Assembly: GCA_964106915.2 (NCBI GenBank)
Contig: OZ066921.1
Direction: 5' to 3' (one strand)
From: Podarcis gaigeae
Taxonomy: Eukaryota
Length of the DNA: 64,000 nt
The stretch's first letter is position 1. Every line of letters begins with the position of its first letter. Position numbers and translations under genes: made by a program. Below are positions 35,401 to 46,679 of this stretch, piece by piece. The notes beneath the pieces were generated by a model. It worked only from the letters and a program-made list of their open reading frames with translations. It had not been told where the DNA came from and did no database searches.

Positions 35401-36340
35401 ATGTCAGTATTGGGTTTGCATTATTGTTATTTACCTGAAGTCCTTTCACTTCATCTACCTGCCACAGGTAGCAACCAGTCTGTTTTGCAGCCTCTATTGA
35501 GCAGTAGTCAAGGGTAGAGCTGATGAGAGTGGAGATGGGCCAAGAGGCCTTGCCACGGCTCCCACACCCATGGCCACCATCTTGTTGACCCCTTGGGTTA
35601 GCCTTATTTGTTTTATCTGATCCCTCTGCAAGGCCAGATGCTTTGCAGTCCATGGAAGATTCATGGTCCCTGTTGACAGTTTAAAGGTTGGTGCTCCCTG
35701 GTGGTTGTTGTTAAAGGAAATGCATGTTTGCTGATTCAACATTAGTTTGGAACATTGGCAACTGCTCTTATCTTCTCAAAACCTATTTGCTTTGAACAAC
35801 TATGCTGCCGGTAGAGTACAGTGTAGAGAGACACAAGCCCAATATTATGAAACCTTCCTCAGCCCAGTAACATCCCCATGCTCACTCGGTGGTCACATCC
35901 CCCCTCCACACTCTGTTCATGCTCCTCTTCATCTTTATCCCCACACCCCAGCTCTTCCACAAGGCCATGTTCAACACAGCTTGGGGACAGCACTTGTACT
36001 TTGCACGCAGGAATTCCCAGATTCAAACCCAGCCACTGCCATCTTTAAGGATTTCTGGTTTCAGCAGCACAGCAAAAACACTGCCTGGAGTCTTGGGGAA
36101 CTGCTACTAGTCAACACTAGTTGGACAAAGAGCCCGGCCTAGTGTGATAAGGTTGGTTCATGTGTTGGTACCTCTTCTGCACCTACAAAACCCTTAACCC
36201 AGCCCCTCCACCATTAATGCCAAGAAGATCCTTCTACAACACCAAAGATACTTGCCCCACTTCGCTTGCTCTTTGGAGGACAATCCTACCTGAGAGTGAA
36301 GAACCAGGAAGAGCAGGAGGCTGACCCTAAAGAAGCACAT
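32481..36340 (-). CDS. Truncated type-I cadherin-like module (signal peptide, furin site, EC1, EC2); exons 36340-36290, 35168-35022, 34826-34683, 34177-34033, 33621-33446, 32564-32481 (747 nt, 249 aa); probably the 5' half of a cadherin-URAH chimera
   Basis: Translation: [121 protein letters not shown]...[13 protein letters not shown]...[28 protein letters not shown]...[33 protein letters not shown]. The 145-nt and 176-nt exons have the same sizes as CDH1/CDH3 exons 6 and 7. All introns are GT-AG with no stops or frameshifts. Confidence 0.88.
32743..32878. mobile_element. Palindromic hAT-type MITE in an intron of the cadherin-like module
   Basis: Long inverted arms (…CCCTCCAGAT…/…ATCTGGAGGG…); 8-bp TSD TGCTAGAC. 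Same family as the copy at 54657. Confidence 0.85.
33077..33136 (-). repeat. 60-bp duplicate of 34009-34068 (3' end of the cadherin exon-6 equivalent plus its donor)
   Basis: 59/60 identity read directly. Confidence 0.9.
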
Positions 36341-38269
36341 TGTCCGGCTTCAGCTCTTGCTCCTTGCCTTCTGCAAAACTCTGGCAAAGGGATGGCAACC
36401 CAGGTGACTAAGCTAGAGCAAAGTCTGCCTGGCAAGTCCCTTTGGAGGAAGGGTTAAGGGCAAATTGGCAGGCCTGGGGTATTTTGACACACCACATGGA
36501 AGCAGGCCACGGTTGACTCAGCATGTGGGACCAAGTGAAGGGCATGTGCTTGTGCCCTAGGAACATCTCTTGCAGGTGGCACTGCCCTCCATTGTGCAAG
36601 TCTCATTTATTCTGGCAGGGTAAGCATTTATTCTGCTCTCATTTGGGAGCAGGTATTCTCAGGAGTCGACCCTCTGAAGCTCTTTCGAATATCAGAGCTC
36701 AGTTTTATGGCCTTTCTCCCTTTGTTTTGATTCAGAGCAGAAATTTTCAATAAAACATGGAGCGGAGGAAGGTGTTGTTATGAAAACAGAGGAAGCCACT
36801 TTCCTTGTGCAGAAACGGAGGAGGGTCTGTCCACTCTCCCTTTCACAGTAGCAGGAGAGTGCCATGCCTAGTCCTGACCTCGTGGCAGACATAGCTTCCT
36901 CAGAAGGCAAACCAGGTGCCCCACAGGTTGAGGGCCTTGAGGAGCAGGCAGAGGCTCCTGAAACAAGTGCTGAGGAGGGCCCCTGGGGACATACCTGCTT
37001 AAGAACCCTTGGAGCTGTCAGAGGAGGTGGAAGTGCCCCCTGCCCCGCCCCAGTCCTCAAGAGCACTGGTGCCAAAAGCTTTTGGTCCAGATTGAAGAGC
37101 AACGATACAGCTTGCATTTATAGAACCAGAGCCCCCAGTCTACTTCTGAATGTGAAAGCCTTGATTCTCCTTCACTGACAGCATTTGTGGTTAGAGAGTG
37201 GTTTAGGAGGCTAGAGTATATAAGACCCCTCTCCTGCCCTTTGAGCCTTTCAGTTGCCAGAAATAACACAGATCTCTGGCTCCTTGTTCCTGGCTTTGGC
37301 GCCCCCACCCCCCTGAACTCCCTGTGTGATCGACTGTGGACCATTTCCTGACTTTGCTTCTGCATCACATGTTGGACCTAGACAGATTCTGTCTGCTGGA
37401 CCTATGGAACTCTGCCCTCTTGGCTAAGTGTCTTGGTAAAGGCTTTTTACCCTCCTGTGACCAAGGCCCCAGCCCTGGAGGAAAGTGCTGCAAGAGCAAG
37501 TAGAAGGAGGCAGACACTCACACATGGGCACCACTGTATTATATCAAAAGACTAACCAGGATCTGGTCCTCATTTGTCTTGACATTCTCTTTAAATCCCC
37601 ATAGCAGAGATTTCTCCATGAAGTTGTTAACAGCAAGCTGATGTGCAGATAGCAGCAGCAGAGATTTCCACATCAGTGCACAAAGAACGGCTGCCCACCA
37701 TTCAACTTCTGAACGAGGTTTGTTGCTTTATGTTATAAACTGGTTTCAAGCTAACGCGGTTGGCAGAAGCGCTGCACTTGGCCACCACAAGAGGGCACTG
37801 TGAGTATACAGAAAGGTTCCAGCCTCCACTTATTCACCCCCCTCAACCACCAGAGTGGTATTTAAGTAAAAGACCCCAGACTGAGTGATCTGGTGGAAGC
37901 ACTTCTCCAGGCCAATGCAAAACAGGTAAGGTATTATTATTATTCCTGTCATCATGATTTTAAATAGTAATGGAATAAAGAAGAATAATTGAAAGAAAGG
38001 CAGGGTGTAAGTGTAATAAGGATTAAATTGTTGCTATAATTTATTGGACCTACAATTTTCTCTGCATTTTTATGAAGATTTTAGAAGAAGCTGTCACTTC
38101 TCTCAGGCTTATAAGTTAAGAGGCATGAAAGGAAAGAGGAAGTAGAAGAACAAGCAAAATTCCAAATCATTTACTTCGGTTTTGCTGGCCAAGTGGCCAT
38201 AGGATTTGTCAGAAGCCCCCCAAGGCCAGTGGAACCTGAGATACGCCACTGACGAAATATGCCAAGCAA

Positions 38270-39030
38270 TGTCTGCCAATGAAGACGTGCCATTAGCAGA
38301 AATAAGCTGTTACTTACACTCAGACACAACATCGCTCAGGCATTCGAATGGGACATAAGGCGGCACCAGGACCAGACGGCTTTGGTAGCACTTTTGATAA
38401 AGCTTTTCAGGAGACTTTAATGCCTTCTTTAATTTTGCTGTTAAATGACGTTTTGAGGAGGGATATTCTCCCAAAGTGCTTGGTCCACATCAGAAATAAT
38501 TGTTATACCCAAACCAGGAAGAGATGCTGTGCCTGTCATCGCCTTTCATCAGGCCTCTGTCCGCACAAACGACATGAATTAAAACCCTATTCACATTCAT
38601 AGGGGAGCAAATCGAGGTTGCCTCTTGTTCCCCCCATTCTCCCCCCTTTCCTTGTAACCATTAGCAATTGCACTACATCTAAGCCCAGGGTTACTGGGGA
38701 TGGGGAGAATAACATTTATTAAGCGTCTGTGCTGGTTATATGGTATGCATGTAATCTAATTAATGGAAAGCTTTATCAATGCTTAAATTAGAATTAGATA
38801 AATTTGAAAAAAATAGGGAGTCTTGGAGCTAATCCTAAGAAGTTACAAATAATGTGTTACGATATGTGGGAACAAATTAAGCTTAATCAACGGAAACCCA
38901 TTCCACACTGTAGGACAAATTTCAGATATATGAGGTAAAAAACTGTAAATTGAATAAATTATATTCCATAAATTATATCATACAAAAAATGTGGGTACAT
39001 CCTTTTATTAGACTTCTTTGTTCCTGGAGG
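38270..39030 (+). mobile_element. Decayed L1/Tx1-like LINE ORF2 fragment
   Basis: KAAPGPDGF motif followed by degenerate RT-like, AT-rich sequence. Boundaries are approximate. Confidence 0.6.
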
Positions 39031-39239
39031 TTTCTTCACCCTGACCAGAGAGGAAATCCAGGCCGGGCATCAAATTTGGAAGAAGATGGAGGGGGAGGAG
39101 GAGAGGCAGAGATGAAGGAAGGGAAGGAGAGGGAAGGACAACTCTGTTCAGTTGAACTTCTTCTCCTGTGACTCCTTTGTTGAGTCACAGATGAGGCAGG
39201 TTGAATAGGGGATGATTCCACACTATTCCCAGGAACATT

Positions 39240-40175
39240 AAAAATAATAATGTAATTTTCAGTTATATACATTTCAATAGTTTTACAGGCATTTTAACAT
39301 TTCGAAACTCGACTTCCTCCTCTTTCTACGGTTCCTTAAATTTCTATTATTTCCTGCATATTCTGAATTAACTTATTCTTTTATTCATCTACTTTAATTA
39401 TTTACTCTTATGAAACTGCAGGTCATTACAATAATCCTGCCAATGTCCTTATTTGTTTGGAATTTATTTGTACATATTCAGTAAGCCATTTCCATTCCTT
39501 TATAAAAAGTTTGTTGTCTTGATTTCTTATTTTTCCGGTAAGTTTTGCCATTTCTGCATAGCCCATGAGTTTTTGTATCCAGTCGTCTTTCGTTGGGACT
39601 TCTTCTTTCCATTTTTGGGCTAATAACATTCTTGCCGCTATAGTCGCATACTTAAATAAATTTCTATACTGTTTAGGTGGTTCTACCCCTATAATTCCCA
39701 GAAGGAAAGCTTCTGTTTTTATTTTATTTTTACAAATGTTATTTTAAACATATTTTTCAATTCATTATATATCATTTCCCAGTATGCTTTAACCAGGACC
39801 ACCATATATGATAGAAAGTACCTTCTTTCTCTTTGCATTTCCAACACTTATTTGATTTAGATTTATACATTTTTGCCAGTTTACTCGGTGTTAGATACCT
39901 TCTATATAACATTTTCATATAGTTTTCTCTGAAACCAGAGCATGCTGTAAATTTTATATGCGTGTTCCACAATTGTTCCCATGCTTCCGTATCTATATTA
40001 TAACCAATATCTATTGCCCAATGTCTCACTGAAGATTTTACATGCTCATCCTTTGTTTCCCAGTCCAATAATAACTTGATACATTTTAGACAGCACTTTA
40101 ACATTACATTCCAACAGATCTCTCTCTCCATTTGTGATATCTGTTCCCCAAACCCTCATTTCTTATCTTTCTACT
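39240..40175 (-). mobile_element. L1-like LINE 3' end (ORF2 C-terminus)
   Basis: ORFs with RYLTPSKL...CWKCKEKEGTFYHIWW (CCHC knuckle) and LLAQKWK...W, typical of squamate L1 ORF2 ends. Confidence 0.8.
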
Positions 40176-41270
40176 CTTCCTAGGAACATTAAACAAGAAA
40201 AGACAGAGTATGTCAAAGAGTTTTTCTCTCAGTCTGCTCTTCCTCAGAAGGCCTGCTGGGCCTTGGAGTCTCCTGCAACAATCTAGTTTATGTATGGGTG
40301 GGCAGTGTTGGTTTTTGTTTTATGGATCGAATTCCAATGGCAAAGCATATTAATTGTATTTGCCCTCCTTACAACAACAGTATTTAATTAATTAATTCAA
40401 TTTCTTGACCGTCCTTTACCACAAGGCTCCAGGTTGCCTCGCAACAATAAAGCATACAATTACAAAACAAACAGAACAGTTCCCTACATAAAACAATGCA
40501 CATTTAAAAAACAACAACACAATTCCATGTTTAAAAATAGTTCCAGTAGAGATGCAGACTGGGATAAAGATCCCCACTTAAAAGGTTTATGATGCCTTAA
40601 CTTCCCTAGAGAAATAGGTGAGATATAAATACAATAAGTTTTTGTGTTGTTGTTTTTAAAAAATAAAATTTAAAAACCTCCTTTGGAGCCCAATTGCTCT
40701 CCAGGATGGGAAGCAGATGGCTTGGCTGCGCAAAGACTTGCCACAGACCTCACTCTGTCAGAACATATCACAGAGGCTGAAAATGTGCTTGTGATAAAAG
40801 AGGAAGATGGGGACAGTGAGTGTCCCCACTCTCTATTCACCATGCATGATACCAGGAGGGGCGAGGAGGGTTTGGCTTTGCACAATGAAATTGCAGTTCC
40901 AGGTCTGCCTGATCCATTTACCTGCTAATGCCATTATGTGGAAGCACTTAGTTCCCTTATTTAGCCCTCAGCGACTTAGGCTCCAGTATCTGAAGCACAG
41001 CCACCTTATATTTGGACCCTCTTGGACATTAAAATTGGCAGGGGGGGGCCTCTTGGCAGTTCCACCACTCGCCCAGTTCTCTATGGCAGCCCCAAAGCTG
41101 TGGAATTCACTCCCCACCTAGCACCTTCTTTATACAGCTTTCTTCCTGTACTGAAGATGCAACTCACTGGCAAAGCCTTTGAGGTTGAGGATATAAGTTT
41201 TAGGACCCACCTTAGTCTCTTGAGCGCAGTTGCCTTAACTTATTTTAAATTGTTGTAACCCTCCTGGAAA

Positions 41271-41613
41271 GGGACGCGGGTGGCACTGTGGGTTAAACCA
41301 CAGAGCCTAGGACTTGCCGATCAGAAAGTTGGCAGTTTGAATCACTGCGACGGTGTGAGCTCCCCTTGCTCGGTCCCTGCTCCTGCCAACCTAGCAGTTC
41401 AAAAGCACATCAAAGTGCAAGTAGATAAATAGGCGGGAAGGTAAACGGCGTTTCCATGTGCTGCTCTGGTTCCCCAGAAGCGGCTTAGTCATGCTGGCCA
41501 CATGACCCAGAAGCTGTACGCTGGCTCCCTCGGCCAGTAAAGCGAGATGAGAGCCGTAACCCCAGAGTCGGCCACGACTGGACCTAATTGTCAGGGGTCC
41601 CTTTACCTTTACC
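41271..41613 (+). mobile_element. Sauria SINE
   Basis: Same head and (ACCTTT)n tail as the copy at 19932; flanking direct repeat CTCCTGGAA. Confidence 0.9.
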
Positions 41614-41673
41614 ACTCCTGGAATATCATGGTGAAGACTGGGTAAGAAAATCATCACCATCACCATCATCAAA

Positions 41674-41813
41674 GATAGCTTAGTCAGTAAAGCATGAGAC
41701 TCTTAATCTCATGGTTGTGGGTCCAAGCCCCACATTGGGCAGAATGTTCCTGCATTGCAGGGGGTTGGACTAGATGATCCTCAGGAACCCTTCCAACTTA
41801 ACAATTCTATGAT
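41674..41813 (+). mobile_element. tRNA-Lys-derived SINE with a CR1-type tail
   Basis: The head TAGCTTAGTCAGTAAAGCATGAGACTCTTAATCTCA...AGCCCCACATTGGGC resembles tRNA-Lys(CTT). The tail reads TGCATTGCAGGGGGTTGGACTAGATGA...CCTTCCAAC...ATTCTATGATT. Confidence 0.78.
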
Positions 41814-43799
41814 TTTTATAATAATTAGCTTTAAGTGCAAGCTGCCTCAGTCACTATACAGAGCAAGGCTGGGGGAGAGAGCAGGGAGAATGGGAAGCTT
41901 CAGAGTGTCTTCTCCAAGTTATTGGACATAACTAAAACATCTCACAGTGCTGATGAAGGGTGGGTAATAAGAAAATAAATAATTTTAATACTACTACCGC
42001 AAATGATAATAACCAGGCACGTCCAAGGGTAAGGACCTCATTGCTATTTCCAGGGTGAATTGACAGTCAAAAACAATTGCATATTAAAGGAATTTTTAAA
42101 AGCAACAATAACTATACAGTTTAAAATAACAGCATCAGTTCATATCAAGGACAGATAACCACTGGGATAAGGATTTTTGAAAGGTTGGTTGAAAGAAGGA
42201 TGTCTGTAGCAAGGACTGGCCCAAGGTCACATGGTAAGCTTCATGGCCAAGTGGAGATTTGAACCCCGGTCTCCCAAGTCCTAATCCAATGCTCTAACCA
42301 CTACACCACACTGGCTCCCACCATCACGTTGAGACTGCAGTTCAACCCTGTCATCAAAGCAGCCTTTCTCTCCAGATGTTTTGGACTACAACTCCCACCA
42401 GCCCCTGACAATGCAGCTGTTCCCATTAGCATCATGTGGCCACACTGGCTGGGGCTGATGGGAGTTGTAGTCCGAAGACCTGAAGGACACCTAGTTGGGA
42501 CGGCTGCATGGAGGCCTTGCAGTGGCCCAGTGGGGGTTGGGAGGAAAGGGACCTGGAAACCTCCCAGCTTATCCTGCCAGCCATGCATGGATGAGCCGGA
42601 ACGAACAGCCGACTCGTGGGCTGTGAGCAAAAGGAGATCAAGGCTGCGTTTGCAAATGCCAAAGGGATGGAATCACTCATGAACCAACGGACAGGCCCTG
42701 GTGGGGGAAGGGAGGGATTGCATACAAAACAACCGAAACCGCTCCCTCTGGCCTGCTGAGGAAAGAGAGAAGCACCTTCTGTGTTTGCATTCCGGCCCAT
42801 CTACCCTGCTTTCATGGAGGAGGAAATGCAGATCAGGTGTGGGAGAGGAAGTCGGATGCTTTCTCTGGAAATATAGTTGGCAGGTGGCAACTTGATGAAA
42901 GCTGAGCTCCATCAGGATATTGTGCCACAGAGAGGCCTCAGGTGTCACCTCTGTGCCCAAATAAGGAAAGCTCAGCCTGCCATGAAAAGGCACCCTCCTG
43001 GTTCTCCTGTCAGGATCTCCTTAGAGACCTTTAAAGCAGGCAATGGAAACCTCTCTTAGCCTGAGGGCCCCATTCCCTTGTGGGGAATTTTCCAAGGGCC
43101 ACATGCTAGAGGTGGGTGGGGCCTGAGGCAAAAGTGGGAGGTGCAATGAGTTTCATGCAGGAAGCTAGTTTCTACACACACTCTCTTCAGCTCATTCCTG
43201 CCCACTTGGAGGGTGTAATCTCCCAGGCTAAACATAAGGCAGCTGAAGCAATGTGAACATTATAGGAGCAACAGCCTTGCTCTTTGCACAGCCCTGAGAG
43301 TCACTTACCTTCCTATCCATCTTGATGAACCGTTCATAAATCCATCCGCCATATTAACTGGCGTTCAGAAGCACTCAGGAACTAATGGGAAATAGAATCC
43401 TTTTAACTGTGCTAGCTGCCTCCCCCCCCCCCCTTTATTGAAACAAGAACAAATAATTCAATAATATATAAGAAAAAAGAAAGGTAACAGAACTGAATAA
43501 AAATTAAATACACAGAGAAAGAGACACCACCAAATTTGGGTTGTTTTGTTCACATCCTCTGGGAAAAATAATTATCTTTAATTGTGTTGTGGTGGTGGTG
43601 GTAGTAACATTTTTTTTTAAAGGTCACAATATTCACCTCAAGGCCTTATGATATTCTCACTTAAAAGTGAAACATTACTACTAATTCCAAATAGTAGCAT
43701 ATTTCACAGGGGGCATTTGAACACTGTTATCATTATTAATATAAGCAGTATATTTTTGCCGCATGCTTTGAAAATGAATCTTTATGTAGCAGATTTGAT

Positions 43800-44190
43800 T
43801 TGCTGACCTTTAAAGTCCAAAACGGCCTCGGTCTAGTATACCTGAAGGAGTGTCTCCACTCCCATCGTTCTGCCCAGACACCGAGATCCAGCGCCGAGGG
43901 CCTTCTGGCAGTTCCCTCACTGTGAGGAGCCAAGTTACAGGGAACCAGGCAGAGGACCTTCTCGGTAGTGGCACCTGCCCTGTGGAATGCCCTCCCACCA
44001 TATGTCAAAGAGAAAAACAACTACCAGACTTTTAGAAGACATCTGAAGGCAGCCCTGTTTAGGGAAGCTTTTAATGCTTGACGGACTATTGTATTTTAAT
44101 ATTTTGTTGAAAGCCGTCCAGTGTGGCTGGGGAAACCCAGCCAGATGGGTGGGGTATAAAAAATAAATTATTTATTATTCTTATTCTTGA
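43800..44190 (+). mobile_element. LINE (L2-like) 3' fragment
   Basis: …GGCAGAGGACCTTCTCGGTAGTGGCACCTGCCCTGTGGAATGCCCTCCC… ending in a (TTA)n-like tail. Related decayed pieces lie near 41000-41250 and 53620-53880. Confidence 0.6.
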
Positions 44191-46581
44191 CTATACCCCA
44201 TGGTGCCATTGCCAGCTGTTGGTGCTGTGGCTTGGTGGTTAGAGAGATGCCCTGTTTAGCTTGCAGTGGCTCCCAGGAACACCCTCTCTTTTGCCTCCTC
44301 TAATACAATCTGATGTTGGCCAGACATGGAAAATGTTAGAGTAGGAGGATAATCCATATTCCCCAAGGAGCTTGAACTTGCCAGACCCAAGTGCTAGACG
44401 CAGGTTGTTACTGGAAGCTGGTTCTGTCAAACAGGTGTCTCTGGCTTCCCTCATAGCCTGCCCTGAATGAACCTCTTTCCCTGCTGGATTCTCCTTCCCC
44501 CAGTGGGTCTTGAACCCTTCCTCCAGGAATGGCTGTATCTCCCTTTCTCCTAAGGGGCTGTGTGTCCTGGTGGCTTCATCTGCTTTCCCTCCATGTGTTG
44601 AGATTTTTTTTTAAGTGTGTGAGAACAAGGGAAAGGCCATGGCTTAGTGGCACAGCAGCTGCTTTCCATGCAGATGGTCCCCACCACCTCTAGGAAGGGC
44701 TTGGGAGAGATTTCTCTCTGAAATCCTGGAGAGGAGTAGACGGTGCTAAACTAGCCGGGCTCACAGTTAAATATTTGTTTATTTTTATTGATATCCAGCC
44801 TCTTCCACCCATGCTGGGTGTTCCGAGCAGCATACAAATACAGTAAAACACTAAAATCTTAACCACAGCCTGGGTCATTGCTGACTGTGCCACAGGATGG
44901 TTTGGCTATCATTCATGCTTTGTTGTGTGTGGTTTGCCTCACACCTGGCTGAGTATATTATATAGAGACCATTCTCTTGGCATAGTGGTGGCATCACCCG
45001 CTCTCTCCCTGGTGTGATTTGTTTAAATGGCTCTGTCAATCTAGAACAGTTTCCTGTTTCCCAAGACAATCCCCTGGATGCTTCTAGGAAGCAGATAAGT
45101 GAGGCAGAAAGCAATGGGCCATTCCCTGAGCTCACCCCAGTTGCTTGCCCCCCTAGCCACCAATATTCAGAGGCAGGCTACCTTTGCACATGGAGGTTTT
45201 CATGTAGTGATTGTGGCCAACAACAGTCACAGGCAGGCAGCTCTTCCTCCATGAATTTGTCTAATCCAGGGCTTGGGGAGACTGTGGGCTTCCTCCAGAT
45301 GTAGATGGAGTACAACTTCCAGCAGCCCAGGTCATTGGTTGCACTGGGAGGCTGATGGGAGCTGGAAGTCCAAGAGCACCCAAAGGGCCACAATGTTCCT
45401 CATCCCTCATATGATTCTTGTAAAGGCCTTGAGCCTGCTAAGAGCCCATTTTCATGGCCCAAACTGGACACAAAGTCCTTCAGTCTTTTGCCAACTATTG
45501 ATTCCATAACACACTTACCTGCATATATTATAGCTGTGGTTTCATATTACCCAAGTACCTGTTTTTAGCCTATTCATTGGAAAACTGATTAAAGAGCATT
45601 AATATTTTAAGAAGAAATACAAGTGACCTTTAAATAATGTTTTTGGCATTCTGGTTTTTTAAATTAAAAAAATGTCTGTGGATCTTCTGATTTGATTAGG
45701 GTTTTGTGTCTTTATTATTAATATCATCATCGCTGATTTATTAATCATGTTCTAAATCCCCACCAAAAGGTAATTTTCACATAAGATAATTAAAAGTGAG
45801 TTAAAACCACAAATAAATTTAAAACTAGTCTAAAACATTAGCAAGTGGGCACTCATCTCTAGCTGGGAAAGCCTGACAGGTGAAGGTAAGCTATACCTCT
45901 GAGCATGGCAAAAGGGCCTTTTCTGACTGTTGTGAAGCTGACCACAGGTACCTTCAAACAGGAATGAGAACCCGGGTCCCAGCTTAAATCTTTATGGAAG
46001 TTCAAACCCCAGCGCCTCTCTGCTGGAGATGCTTTCCTGCATCTTCTGGAATATTTCGCTGTCTCCCAAATTGCAAAGTCCTTCCAGGATCTTCTACCAC
46101 TCGGGCAATGATGGTCCCTGGACTGGGGGCTCCCCCACTGGTGCTCTACAACCAGGCCCTTGAAAATCGTAGCTCCCACAACCTTGGATTGCTCGTGCCT
46201 TGGGGTCCGGGGTTCCTAGCGGGAGAAGCCACGTGGCCTTGAGGAAGGGATGGCCAGGATCGAGCCCCGTGGAGAGTTGCAACAACGGGGGGGGGGGGGG
46301 GGACTCAAAAGTGGAAGCGAGAAACCAAAGAGAGATTTGGACAATCCCTTTTTGAAGATGTCACTGTAGAAGTTTGATTTTCTTCTTTGGGTACTTTTTA
46401 TTTTGAAAAATGCAGCCTCCAGCTGAACCCTCGTTAAAAATGCAGAAAGCTAAAATCGCATTAAGCGATGTAGGGAGGTGAAAGCAATTTGGAAGCGGGT
46501 GCTGAATCAAGAGGGAGGCTCCCCCTGCCAGAAAAGCGCCCCCCGCGTAACCGAAACACAGCCGTCCACACCAAGTTTCAG

Positions 46582-46583
46582 GT

Positions 46584-46652
<69 letters not shown>

Positions 46653-46666
46653 AGGGAGGGAGGGAG
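46582..46666. repeat. Compound microsatellite (GT)n(GA)n(GGGA)n upstream of CDH3
   Basis: Directly visible. Confidence 0.95.
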
Positions 46667-46679
46667 GAGCCCCCTCCCC

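Noticed and set aside
32481-36340. Interpretation of the minus-strand cadherin as a simple pseudogene
   Set aside because: Six exons have no stops or frameshifts, splice sites are canonical, and EC1-EC2 calcium ligands are selectively retained despite substantial divergence.
36730-42900. Scattered acidic or KRAB/zinc-finger-like peptide fragments on the plus strand (PSPDLVADI, WRFLHPDQR, VIKEEDG, EKHLLCLHSG)
   Set aside because: The matches are very weak and out of the expected order and phase. I could not build a coherent exon chain; an HMM search would be needed.
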